Program-made: the position numbers and the translations under genes | In this document: piece by piece, positions 1 to 12,500 of the stretch | How the letters are laid out: every line of letters starts with the position of its first letter | Numbering within the stretch: the first letter of the stretch is position 1 | The notes under the pieces: generated by a model | The model's database searches: none | Told to the model about the DNA's origin: nothing | The model's input: the letters and a program-made list of their open reading frames with translations, nothing else | From: Squalus acanthias | Lineage: Eukaryota | Length of the DNA: 64,000 nt | Direction of reading: 5' to 3' | NCBI GenBank assembly: GCA_030390025.1 | Contig: JASTWF010000350.1 | Location: 62,001 to 126,000 of the forward strand

Positions 1-341
1 CAGCGACCCTCCGGAGGGGTCCAGTTTGACTCTTTTTTCTTCGGTTGCTGCACTGCGAGTCCCTCTGTCTGCTGTTCTGGATCATTGATTGTCTCATTGG
101 GTTTGTTGCTGACATCTTGGGATTTGTGGAAGTATTCCCGGAGCCTCATTCTCCTGATGAATTCCTCCGTGTCTGCCGCGAGACCGATGGGGTCCATTTT
201 GGTGGTTGGGCAGAACTTGAGCCCTAGGGCGAGAACTTCGATTTCGTCTGGTTGAAGGGTATGGTCGGACAAGTTGACGATGGACTTCCCTGTGGTTGCA
301 GCCGTGGTACCGGGGGAGGCTTGGTTGCTGCTGGTGGTGAT
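1..341 (-). mobile_element. Penelope-like retroelement ORF fragment (region N-terminal to RT), runs off window edge
   Basis: Manual minus-strand translation gives GKSIVNLSDHTLQPDEIEVLALGLKFCPTTKMDPIGLAADTEEFIRRMRLREYF...ESNWTPPEGR, the VNLS..L...E..VL.LGL.FCPT pattern of Penelope-like ORFs. Confidence 0.75.
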
Positions 342-972
342 GCATAAATAGAGGCATAGAGTACAAAAGCGTTGAAGTTATGATGAAGCTTTATAAAACA
401 CTGGTTCGGCCTCAACTGGAGTATTGTGTCCAATTCTGGGCACCGCACATTAGGAAGGATGTCAAGGCCTTAGAGAGGGTGCAGAAAAGATTTACAAGAA
501 TGATTCTAGAGATGAGGGACTTCAGTTATGTGGATAGACTGGAGAAGCTGGGGTTGTTCTCCTTAGAGCAGAGGAGATTGAGAGGAGATTTGATAGAGGT
601 ATTCAAAATCATGAGGGGTCTGGACAGAGTAGAGAGAGCGAAACTGTTCCCATTGGCGGTAGGGTCGAGAACCAGAGGACACAGATTTAAGGTGATTGGC
701 AGAAGAACCAAAGGCGTCATAAGAAAAAACTTTTTTACGCAGCGCGTGGTTAGGATCTGGAATGCACTGCCTGAAAGGGTGGTGGAGGCAGACTCAATTG
801 TGGCTTTCAAAAGGGAATTGGATAAGTACCTGAAGGAAAAAAATTTGCAGGGCTCTGGGGAAAGGGCGGGGGAGTGGGACTAGCTGTGGTGCTCTTGCAG
901 AGAGCCGGCATGGGCTCGACGGGCCGAATGGCCTCCTTCTGTGCTGTAACCATTCTATGATTCTATGATTCT
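342..972 (+). mobile_element. CR1 LINE 3' fragment (ORF2 C-terminus and 3' UTR)
   Basis: ORF 380-883 LYKTLVRPQLEYCVQFW...FFTQRVVRIWNALP; terminal (ATTCTATG)n microsatellite tail. Confidence 0.92.
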
Positions 973-1500
973 CCTTTGTCCCTCATGTACTAATCTAGCT
1001 CCCCTTTAACTGCATCAATGCTTTCACCTCCACTACTCCATGTGGTAGGGAGTTCCACATTCTCACCACTCTCTGAGTAAAGAAAATTCTCCTGAGTCCC
1101 GAATTGGATTTATTAGTGACTATCTTATATTTATGAGCCTTAGATTTGGACTCCCCACAAGTGGAAACATCTTCTCTACATCTCCCCTATCAATCCCTTT
1201 CATCATTTTAAAGATCTTTATCAGGTCACCCCTCAGCCTTCTCTTTTCTAGAGAAAAGAAACACAACCTGTTCATCCTTTCCTGATAGCTATAACCTCTC
1301 AGTTGTGGAATCATCCTTGTGAATTTTTTTTGCACCCTCTCCAGTGCGCCTTTCTCCTTTTTATAATATGCAGACCAGAAATGTTCACAGTACTCCAAGT
1401 GTGGTGTAACCAAGGTTCTACACAAGATTAACATGACATCTCTTGTTTTTCAATACTATCCCTCCAGAAAAGAACCCCAGTGCTTTGTTAGCTTTTTTAA
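973..1500 (-). mobile_element. Decayed CR1 LINE 3' fragment
   Basis: ORF 1120-1434 LVTPHLEYCEHFWS...FSLEKRRLRGDLI. Confidence 0.85.
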
Positions 1501-1585
1501 TGAATATCTGAGAGGTTTGTGAGGCAGGTTGTTCTCTGCTTTTAAACAGCAGCTGAGAGCTCGCACAAGACAACTTTAATACCGG

Positions 1586-1686
1586 AAATAAAAACAGAAA
1601 ATGCTGGAAATACTCAGCAGGTCAGGCAGCATCTGTAGAGAGAGAAACAGAGTTCACGTTTCAGGTCGATGACCCTTCGTCAGAAC
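1586..1686 (-). mobile_element. Penelope-associated terminal repeat fragment with degenerate minimal hammerhead
   Basis: Minus strand reads GTT-CTGACGA-A-GGGTC-ATC-GACCT-GAAA-CG-TG-AAC; related sequence at 44120-44252. Confidence 0.6.
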
Positions 1687-1692
1687 CAGAAG

Positions 1693-1899
1693 TGTCAGCT
1701 ATAGCTCAGTCAGTAGCACTCTTGTTTCTGAGTCAGAAGATTAGCCGGTCATTATCTCAATGCTGTTTGTGGGATCTTGCTGTGCGCAAATTTGCTGCGG
1801 TGTTTCGTACATTACAACAGTGACTACACTTCACAAGTGCTTCATTGGCTGTAAAATGTTTGGGACGCCCTGACATTATGAAAGGTGCTATATAAATGC
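1693..1899 (+). mobile_element. Internally deleted SacSINE1-like Deu-SINE
   Basis: tRNA-like head (gctcagtcagtagcactc...gagtcagaag) joined to the 3' part shared with the other SINE copies (gtgggatcttgctgtgcgcaaat...aggtgctatataaatgc). Confidence 0.7.
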
Positions 1900-2215
1900 T
1901 GTCAGCGGTTCAGCCAATAAGATCCGCGTAAAGAACAGGAGGCCCCAAAAACCCCTCCCCCACCCCGCCACTCCAGCTCTTACACTGCACCTGAAATCAC
2001 TCTCAGGGTCACTATTCCTCTTTTAATGGCTGTTTGTTTTACCCTGATTAATGATCCATTTATAAAGTCACCTTTTCAATAATCCCAACTGCTACCATTG
2101 CAGGTTCCCATGATTTTGTTTTTATGTCATTACTACTGAGCTTCGAAAGGGAATCTTTCCGGGCCCTTTTTCCTGCTTACAAACAAGAAAAATGACTTTG
2201 AGAAACGTGCCGTCA

Positions 2216-3607
2216 GGTACGGGAGCATAGTGGTTATGTTACTGGACTAGTAATCACACAGAGACCTTGACCAATGATCTGGAGACGTGAGTTCAAATCT
2301 CACCACGGCAGCCGGGAAATTTAAATTCATTTAATTAAATTAATCTTGAATTAAAAAAAACAGTAATGGTGACCATGAAACTAACGATTGTTGTGAAAAC
2401 CTATCTGGACAAAAGGAGCTGAATTCCAGAGGTGAGTTGAGAGTGACTGCCCTTGACATCAAGGCAGCATTTGACCGAGTGTGGCATCAAGGAGCCACTA
2501 GTAAAATTGAAGTCAATGGGAATAAAGGGGAAAACTCTAGACTGGCTGGAGTCATACCTAGCACAAAGGAAGATGGTTGTGGTGGTTGGAGGTCAATCAT
2601 CTCAGCCCCAGGACATCACTGCAGGGGTTCCTCAGGGCGGTGTCCGAATCCCAACCACCTTCAGCTGCTTCATCATTGACCTTCCCTCCAAAATAAGGTC
2701 AGAAGTGGGGATGTTCACTGATGATTTCAGTGTTCAGTTCCATTCGCAGCTCCTCAGATAATGAAGCCGTCCATGCCCGCATGCAGCAAGACCTGGATGA
2801 CATTCAAGCTTGAGCTGATAAGTGGCAAGTGACCTTCGCGCCAGGCAATGACTATCTCCAACAAGCGAGAGTTTAATCATCGTCCCTTGACAATCAACGG
2901 CATTACCATCGCTGAATCCCCCACCATCAACATCCTGGGGGTCACCATTGACCAGAAACTTAACTGGACAAGCCACATAAATACTGTGGCAACAAGAGCA
3001 GGTCAGAGGCTGGGTATTCTGCGGCAAGTGTCTCACCTCCTAACTCCCCAAAGCCTTTCCACCATCTGCAAGGCACAAGTCAGGAGTGTGATGGAATACT
3101 CTCCACTTGCCTGGATGAGTGCAGCTCCAACAACACTCAAGAAGCTCGACAGCATCCAGGACAAAGCAACCCGCTTGATTGGCACCCCATCTACCACCTT
3201 AAACATTCACTCCCTCCACCACCGGCGTACCGTAGCTGCAGTGTGTACCATCTACAAGATGCACTGCAGCAACTCGCCAAGGCTTCTTCGGCAGCACCTC
3301 CCAAACCTGCGACCTCTTCCACCTAAAAGGACAAGGGCAGCAGGCGCATGGGAACACCACCACCTCCAAGTTCCCCTCCAAGTCACACACCATCCTGACT
3401 TAGAAGTATATCGCCAGATCCTTCATCGTCGCTGGGTCAAAATCCTGGAACTCCCTACCTAACAGCACTGTGGGAGTAACTTCACCACACGGACTGCAGC
3501 GGTTCAAGAAGGCGACTCACCACCACCTTCTCAAGGGCAATTAGGAATGGGCAATAAATTCTGCCCTTGCCAGCGACGCCCACATCCCATGAACGAATAA
3601 AAAAAAC
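2216..3607 (+). mobile_element. Internally deleted CR1/Zenon-like LINE with tRNA-like head
   Basis: Head 2216-2310 matches 25266-25357(-); jumps at ~2408 into RT (VTALDIKAAFDRVWHQG, TAGVPQG, MFTDD); 3' end cccacatcccatgaacgaataaaaaaaa. Confidence 0.8.
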
Positions 3608-5300
3608 ACTGCTGGCTGAGACCTGAAGGACATAGCTGCCAGACTGGGCCTGTAGCAGGTGGTGAGAGAACCAACACAAGGGAAAAACCTGTTTGACCTC
3701 GTCCCCGCCAAGCTACCTGTCGCAGATGCATGTGTCCATGACAGTATTGGTAGGAGTGACCACCGCACAGACCTTGTGGAGACAAAGTCCCGTCTTCACA
3801 CTGAGGACACCCTCCATTGTGTGGTGTAGCACTATCACTGTGCTAAATGGACAGATCCATGAGGCGTTGTGGGCCATCTGCAGTAGCAGAATTGTATTCC
3901 ACCACAATCTGTAACCTCATGGGCCAGAATACCCTCACTCTACCATTACTATCAAACCTGTTTCAATGAGGAGTGTAGAAGAGCATGCCAGGAGCAGCAC
4001 CAGGCGTACCTACAAATGAGGTGCCGACCTGGTGAAGCTTCAACACAGGACTACATGCATGCTAAAAAGCGGAAGCAGCATGCTATAGACAGGGCTAAGT
4101 GATCCCACAATCAACGGATCAGATCAAAGCTCTGCAGTCGTGCCACATCCAATCATGAATGGTGGTGGACCATTAAACAACTAACAGGAGGAGGAGGATT
4201 CATGAATATCCCCAATAACAATGATGGTAGAGCCCAGCACGTGAGTGCAAAAGACAAGGCTGAAGCATTTGAAACCACCTTCAGCCAGAAGTGCCGAGTG
4301 GATGATCCATCTCAGCCTCCTCCTGAGATCCCCACCATCACAGAAGCCAATCTTCAGCCAATTCGATTCACTCCACGTGATATCAAGAAATGGCTGAGCG
4401 CACTGGATACAGCAAAGGCAATGAGCCCCGATAACATCCTGGCTATCGTGCTGAAGACTTGTGCTCCAGAACTAGCTGTGCCTCTAGCCAAGCTGTTCCA
4501 GTACAGTTACAACACTGGCATCTACCCGACAATGTGGAAAACTGCCCAGGTATGACCCGCCCACAAAAAGCAGGACAAATCCAATCCAGCCATTTACCAT
4601 CCCATCAGCCTACTCTCAATCATCAGCAAAGTGATGGAAGGTGTGCCAGAACCACTCGGCTCCAGGTCTCATTACAGCCTTGGTCCAAATATGGAAAAAA
4701 GAGCTGAATTCCAGAAGTGAGGTGAGAGTGACTGCCCTTGACATCAAGGCAGCATTTGACCGAATGTGACATCAAGGAGCCCTAGTAAAACTGGTGTCAA
4801 TGGGAATCAGGGGGGAAATCTCTCCACTGGGTGGAGTCATACCTAGTACAAAGGATGATTGATGTGGTTGATGGAGGCAAATAATCTCAGCCCCAGGACA
4901 TCGCTGTAAGAGTTCCTCAGCGTAGTGTCCTAGGCCCAACCATCTTCAGCTACTTCATCAATGAACTTCCCTCCAACAGAAGTGGGGATGTTCTCTGATG
5001 ATTGCACAGTGTTTAGTTCCATTCGCAACTCCTCAGCTAATGAAGCAGTCTGTGGCCGCTTGCAGCAAGACCTGGACAACATTCAGACTTGTGCTGATAA
5101 ATGGCAAGTAGCATTCACGCCTCAAAATTGCCAGGCAATGACCATCTCCAACAGAATCCTGCATCTCCCTGCCTAACAGTACCTGCAAAACAAGGTCTGC
5201 AGCGGTTCAAGAAGGCGGCTCACCACCACCTTCTCAAGTGCAGTTAGGGAGGGCAATAAATGCTAGCCTTGCCAGCAACGCCCACATCCAATGAAAAAAT
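3608..5300 (+). mobile_element. Second decayed copy of the same CR1/Zenon-like LINE (endonuclease tail to RT, with deletions)
   Basis: ORF fragments VSAKDKAEAF...KTCAPELAVPLAKLFQYSYNTG, VGMFSDD; same 3' end at 5200-5300. Confidence 0.8.
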
Positions 5301-5546
5301 CCTGTGGTCTCACACTATACCCTGGGAACTCACATTATACCCTGGTGCCTCACACTATACCCTGGGGTCTCACCCTATAGCCTGGTCTGTCACACTATGC
5401 CCTGGTTACACATACTATACACAGGGGTCTCACACTATACCCTGGGATCTCACATTATACCCTGGTCCCTCACACTATAACCTCAGATCTCACATTATAC
5501 CCTGGTCCTTCAAACTATATACTGATTCTTCACACTATATCCTGGG
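5301..5546. repeat. Degenerate left part of the 20-bp minisatellite (~12 units)
   Basis: Diverged cacactataccctggNNNct units, interrupted by the Gypsy insertion at 5547. Confidence 0.9.
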
Positions 5547-5839
5547 TGTAATAGAGCCACCTGGTGGACTACTGATGTGTATAATAATAAAGCCATGTGC
5601 AGTACAGTTCTTACCAGAAGCCATGTTGTGCTGCTGTATATATATGCTGTGTCTCAAGATATCACAGAACTGGCGATGAGGATGCGATTGCGGATTCCCA
5701 AGCTGAAATTTTTGTTGGAGGATAATCCTGCCAACTGACAGAGGGACTGTCAGAGGTTCTTCGTTTTGCAGAAAATCTTAAAAATCTGAGGTGAATGTCG
5801 AGCACACGTGGCTGAACTGTCGACGTTGCCAGAGTCCAG

Positions 5840-6213
5840 ATGCCTGCGCCTATGGGAATAATAGGGTGCTTGGGTGAGTTCCATTGCGACTGAGAGACTT
5901 TCGGAGCGTATGTGGAGCAGCGAGAAATGTTTTTCACCGCGAATAGTATTGTCGAAGTCCCCGATGATGTAAACCGTAACCGGGTGGTTTTAGAAATGAA
6001 ACGGGCTTTTTTTTGACTGAAGCAGGTCCCGAGGTGTATGAAACCCTGAAAAATTTGCTTGTTCCCGCCAAGCCGAAGGACACGTCACTGAAGGAGATCC
6101 TAACCAAGTTAGAACAGCACTGCAGTCCTGAGCCCCTGGAAATTGCTGAAAATTATCGTTTTGGAACACGTGATCAATGAAATTACGAGGGTATCAGTGA
6201 GTACATTGTAGCA
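5840..6213 (+). pseudogene. gag: Gypsy gag N-terminal remnant
   Basis: MPAPMGIIGCLGEF..ETFGAYVEQ.EMFFTANSI...GPEVYETLKNLLVPAKP...EGISEYIVA with stops and frameshifts, then an abrupt jump to post-protease sequence. Confidence 0.65.
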
Positions 6214-9200
6214 GGAAGTGTCACCATACCAGTGAAGTACAAGGATCAGTGTCAGAGCTTGCCTCTCATAGTAGTGGCAGGAGACAAGCCTGCCTTGATA
6301 GGTAGAAATTGGTTGGGATCACTGAAGCTGGATTGGAATGAGATTTTTCGTATGGAAGCAAAATTTGCATTGAAAGATGATGTCATCAAGCAGTATCCAA
6401 AGGTGTTCAACAAAACGGGCAGTCCGATCCAAGACATCAAGGCGAGTGTCAGAGTCCAGAAGGACACAAGACCAGTTTACTGCAAGCCATGTCCCGTACC
6501 ATACGCACTCAAGGAGAAAGTTGAGCAAAATCTCAAAAGACTGGAAACTGAGAACATTATCTCTAAGGCAGATCTGAGTAATTGGGCGACACCCATTGTT
6601 GTACCTAAGTCAGATGGTAAGATAAGGTTGTGTGGTGATTATAAGGTAACTGTAAACCAGGTTCTAGAGTGTAATCTACTCAATACGTTGCCAAATGTGG
6701 AAGATTTGTTCACAACACTGACAGGTGGCCAGAACTTTCCGAAGTTAGATCTAACAAACACCTACCTACAACTTGAGTTAGATGAACAGTCCAAGTCATA
6801 CTTGACTATAAATACTCACCGAGGCCTATATCAGTTTAATAGGTTACCTGATGCCTTATGCCCCCGACATATTCCAGGGGGGGGGTGATGAACCAAATTT
6901 TGCAAGCGATTGAAGGGGTAGTGTGTTATTTGGATGACATACTCATTTCAGCACCAAACAGGCAAATCCATGATGAGGTGTTGAATGAAGTGCTCAAACG
7001 GCTAGAGAAGCACGGAGTACGAGTGACAGCTCACAAGTGTGAGTTGTTTCAAAACTCAGTGGAGTACTTAGGACACAGAGTAGACAAAGATGGTTTACAT
7101 CCAACCAAGGGAAAGTTGGATGCAATCAGAAATGCACCCACTCCCAAGAATGTCTCTGAACTTTGATCATTTTTGGGTCTTTTGAATTATTACGGAAAGT
7201 TCCTCCCAAACTTGGCTACATTGTTATATCCACTGAATGAGCTATTGAGAAAACAGGTCCCTTGGAAGTGGTCAAAAGAATGCGACACACCATTCAAAGA
7301 GTGTAAAAGCCAGTTAGTAGAGAGTACCATGTTAGTTCACTATGATGTATCGAAGGAGATCAAGCTAGCATGTGACGCCTCTCCGTACGGAGTTTGGGCA
7401 GTGATCTCTCCTGTACTACATAGTGGGGAGGAGACCAATTGCTTTTGCTTCACGCACTCTCAGTGCCAGTGAGTGGAATTATGCGCAGATCGAAAGGGAA
7501 GCTTTGTCATTGATTTTTGGGTTCAAGAAGTTTCACAAATGCTTGTTTGGTCATAAGTTTACCATAGTTACTGACCATAAGCCCCTGACAGCAATCCTCC
7601 ATCCAAAGTCCCCAGTTCCAACCTTAGCTGCAGCCCGAATGCAGAGATAGGCTTTGATTTTGTCAGCGTATACGTATGACATTGAGTACAGATGGTCAGC
7701 TGATCACAGTAATGCTGATGCTATGTCCAGGTTGCCATCCCCATCACAAGTTACACCCAATAGGGAAGAAATGTTCTATTTCTCATATATTGATGAGCTG
7801 CCAGTCACAGCTGAAGAGATTGGTAGGGCAACCAAACGTGACCCAATTATGTCAAAGGTGTATGATTACTTAGCAAATGGAGGTATCAGAGGAAGATATC
7901 CATCCATACTTCGTTTGTAGGAATGAATTGTCAGTGGATAAAGATTGTATCATGCGGGGAGCAAGTGTGGTTATCTCAAATAGGTCCAGGTCTAAATTGT
8001 TCGGAGATCTTCATGACCAGCACCTGGGAATGTGTTTGACCAAGAGCTTTCCACGCAGTTACTTATGGTGGCCAGGTTTAGATAAAGAGATAGAGTACAT
8101 AGTCAGTCAGTGTACAACATGTCAATCGGTGAGCAAGATACCACCATCAGTACGATTACAGCCATGGAAATGGCCTCCCAGAGTGCGGCAAAGGTTACAT
8201 GTAGATTTTGCTGAGCTAGAAGGACAGCAATTGTTCATAGTGATAGTCACTCGAAGTGGGTAGAGGTGTTTCCGATGCGGATAATAACAACAAACAAAAC
8301 ATTAGACAATTTGTGAAGATTGTTTTCTTCATACAGCCTCCCAGAATAAATTGTGCCTGATAATGAGCTGCAATTTTGTTCAGAAGAGTTCACACAGTTC
8401 ATGAGCAGAAACGGTGTGAAACGTACCAAAGTTCCACCGTACCACCCTGCTTCAAATGGTGCAGCAGAGCGCACAGTACAAATTGTCAAACGTGCCCTCA
8501 TCAAGCAAATGTTGGATCCAAATCCAAAGAAATGTCAGTAGTCATTGGACCACAAACTGGCAAATTTTCTGATTACCTATTGGAATACTCCTCATACCAC
8601 TGCTGGTAGAAAACCAGTAGAGTTGTTTCTCAAACGACAGCCATGAACCAGGTTCTTGTTGTAAAGGCCAAACTTGGCACAGTCCGTAGAAGAGAAACAA
8701 TCAAGGCAGAAAGAGAGTCATGATAAAGGTAGAGTTAGAGAGAGAAGTGTGAAGTTGAACCAGAAGGTTAGAGTGAAGAACCATCACCATAAATGGTTAA
8801 AGTGGTTACCAGGAAGAGTAGTGACGATATGTGGCCCTCGCACATATTTGGTCAAGATGTTTGATCATGGAAAGGTTAGGTTTGTTCTCATTGATCATAT
8901 CTTACCTACAGATGTGGAAGGAGTTGAAAGCTGGGATGATTCAATTTATTCTGATGAGTCAGATAGTCTTGTTACACGTAGAGTACCAGTAGCAAATCCT
9001 ACATCAGACGTACCAGAAACAAGTCCAAGACAAAGTCAGAATTTAAGTCTGAGCCCGAGTCAGGCAGACAAACAGTCTGAAAGTGTAGGGAGTCCAAATG
9101 TAGATCAAGGTCAGCCCTTGGAGAAAAATTCTCCGCAGGCTGAGCCTAGAATGAATCAAAGTCCTACAACAAGATCTGAAAGTTCTGATCAAGAAAGAAG

Positions 9201-9246
9201 GTATCCTCTTCGAAACAGAAAACCAGTGGTTAAGTTTAATCTGTAA
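6214..9246 (+). pseudogene. pol: Gypsy pol remnant (RT, RNase H, integrase), frameshifted with stops
   Basis: WATPIVVPKSDGKIRLCGDYK, CYLDDILI, LACDASPYG, YAQIEREAL, TDHKPL, H...H..C..C integrase zinc finger, PPYHPASNGAAER. Confidence 0.92.
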
Positions 9247-9529
9247 ATATGGAAAATAAGTTCATATCTTTTGTTTGTGTTATATAGTAGAATTTGGAAA
9301 CATAAAATGGGTTCCATTTGAGAAATGTATACCAAGAGTTGTGTATACCATGCAGGTCATGTACAATGATTATTTGCTATGATTAACTTCTTCAATAAGG
9401 AGGGAGAAATGTAATAGAGCCACCTGATGGACTACTAATGTATATAATAATAAAGCCATGTGCAGTACAGTTCTTACCGGAAGCCATGTTGTGCTGTTGT
9501 ATATATATGCTGTGTCTCAAGATATCACA

Positions 9530-12500
9530 CTGGGGTCTCACACTATACCCTGGTCAATCACACTATACCCTGGTCACTCACACTACACCTTGGGCCCTCA
9601 CACTATACCCTGGTCACTCACACTATACCCTGGGCCCTCACACTATACCCTGGTCCCTCACACTATACCCTGCTCCCTCACACTATACCCTGGTCCCTCA
9701 CACTATACCCTGGTGCCTCACACTATACCCTGGTCGCTCACACTATACCCTGGTCCCTCACACTATACCCCGGTCCCTCACACTATACCCTGGTCTCTCA
9801 CACTATACCCTGGTCCCTCACACTATACCCTGGTCTCTCACACTATACCCTGGTCTCTCACACTATACCCTGGTCACTCACACTATACCCCGGTCCCTCA
9901 CACTATACCCTGGTCCCTCACACTATACCCTGGTACCTCACACTAAACCCTGGTCGCTCGCACTATACCCTGGTCCCTCACACTATACCCTGGTCCCTCA
10001 CACTGTACCCTGATCCCTCAAACTATACCCCGGTCCCTCACACTATACTCTGGTCCCTCACACTATATCCTGGTCCCTCACACTATACCCTGGTCCCTCA
10101 CACTATACCCTGGTCCCTCACACTATACCCTGGTCCCTCACACTATACCCTGGTCCCTCACACTATACCCTGGTCCCTCACACTACACCCTGGTCCCTCA
10201 CACTATACCCTGGTCCCTCACACTATACCCTGGTCTCTCACTCTATACCCTGGTCCCTCTCACTACACCCTGGTCCCTCACACTATACCCCGGTCCCTCA
10301 CACTATACCCTGGTCTCTCACACTATACCCTGGTCCCTCACACTATACCCTGGTCCCTCACACTACACCCTGGTCCCTCACACTATACCCCGGTCCCTCA
10401 CACTATACCCTGGTCTCTCACACTACACCCTGGTCCCTCACACTATACCCTGGTCCCTCACACTATACCCTGGTCTCTCACACTACACCCTGGTCCCTCA
10501 CACTATACCCCGGTCCCTCACACTATACCCTGGTCCCTCACACTATACCCTGATCACTCACACTATACCCTGATCCCTCACACTATACCCTGATCCCTCA
10601 CACTATACCCTGATCCCTCACACTATACCCTGGTCCCTCACACTATACCCTGGTCTCTCACACTATACCCTGGTCCCTCACACTATACCCTGGTCCCTCA
10701 CACTGTACCCTGGTCCCTCACACTATACCCTGGTCCCTCACACTATACCCTGATCCCTCACACTATACCCTGATCACTCACACTATACCCTGATCCCTCA
10801 CACTATACCCTGGTCCCTCACACTATACCCTGATCACTCACACTATACCCTGATCCCTCACACTATACCCTGGTCCCTCACACTATACCCTGATCACTCA
10901 CACTATACCCTGATCCCTCACACTATACCCTGGTCCCTCACACTATACCCTGATCACTCACACTATACCCTGGTCCCTCACACTATACCCTGATCACTCA
11001 CACTATACCCTGGCCCCTCACACTATACCCTGGTCCCTCACACTATACCCTGGTCCCTCACACTATGCCCTGGTCCCTCACACTATACCCTGGTCCCTCA
11101 CACTATACCCTGATCACTCACACTATACCCTGGTCTCTCACACTATACCCTGGTCACTCACACTATACCCTGATCCCTCACACTATACCCTGGTCCCTCA
11201 CACTATACCCTGATCACTCACACTATACCCTGGTCCCTCACACTGTACCCTGGTCCCTCACACTATACCCTGGTCTCTCACACTATACCCTGGTCTCTCA
11301 CACTATACCCTGGTCCCTCACACTATACCCTGGTCCCTCACACTATACCCTGGTCCCTCACACTGTACCCTGGTCCCTCACACTATACCCTGGTCTCTCA
11401 CACTATACCCTGGTCTCTCACACTATACCCTGGTCTCTCACACTATACCCTGATCCCTCACACTATACCCTGATCCCTCACACTATACCCTGATCCCTCA
11501 CACTATACCCTGGTCCCTCACACTATACCCTGGTCTCTCACACTATACCCTGGTCCCTCACACTATACCCTGGTCCCTCACACTATAACCTGATCCCTCA
11601 CACTATACCCTGATCACTCACACTATACCCTGATCCCTCACACTATACCCTGGTCCCTCACACTATACCCTGATCACTCACACTATACCCTGATCCCTCA
11701 CACTATACCCTGATCACTCACACTATACCCTGATCCCTCACACTATACCCTGGTCCCTCACACTATACCCTGATCACTCACACTATACCCTGATCCCTCA
11801 CACTATACCCTGGTCCCTCACACTATACCCTGATCACTCACACTATACCCTGATCCCTCACACTATACCCTGGTCCCTCACACTATACCCTGATCCCTCA
11901 CACTATACCCTGGTCCCTCACACTATACCCTGATCACTCACACTATACCCTGATCCCTCACACTATACCATGGTCCCTCACACTATACCCTGATCCCTCA
12001 CACTATACCCTGGTCCCTCACACTATACCCTGATCACTCACACTATACCCTGATCCCTCACACTATACCCTGGTCCCTCACACTATACCCTGGTCCCTCA
12101 CACTATACCCTGATCACTCACACTATACCCTGATCACTCACACTATACCCTGATCCCTCACACTATACCCTGATCCCTCACACTATACCCTGATCCCTCA
12201 CACTATACCCTGGTCCCTCACACTATACCCTGGTCTCTCACACTATACCCTGGTCCCTCACACTATACCCTGGTCCCTCACACTATACCCTGATCCCTCA
12301 CACTATACCCTGGTCCCTCACACTATACCCTGGTCTCTCACACTATACCCTGGTCCCTCACACTATACCCTGGTCCCTCACACTATACCCTGGTCCCTCA
12401 CACTATACCCTGATCACTCACACTATACCCTGATCACTCACACTATACCCTGATCCCTCACACTATACCCTGGTCCCTCACACTATACCCTGATCACTCA

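Larger units (their letters stand above)
5547..9529 (+). mobile_element. Ty3/Gypsy LTR retrotransposon (Mag-like), decayed, with internal gag/protease deletion
   Basis: 120-bp LTRs 5547-5666 and 9410-9529 (TG..CA, 5 differences, all transitions); TSD CTGGG (5542-5546, 9530-9534); PBS-like TGGCGATGAGGATG at 5671; polypurine tract AAGGAGGGAGAAA 9397-9409. Confidence 0.95.

Noticed and set aside
2216..2310. tRNA gene
   Set aside because: Only A/B-box-like remnants attached to a retroelement; no convincing cloverleaf
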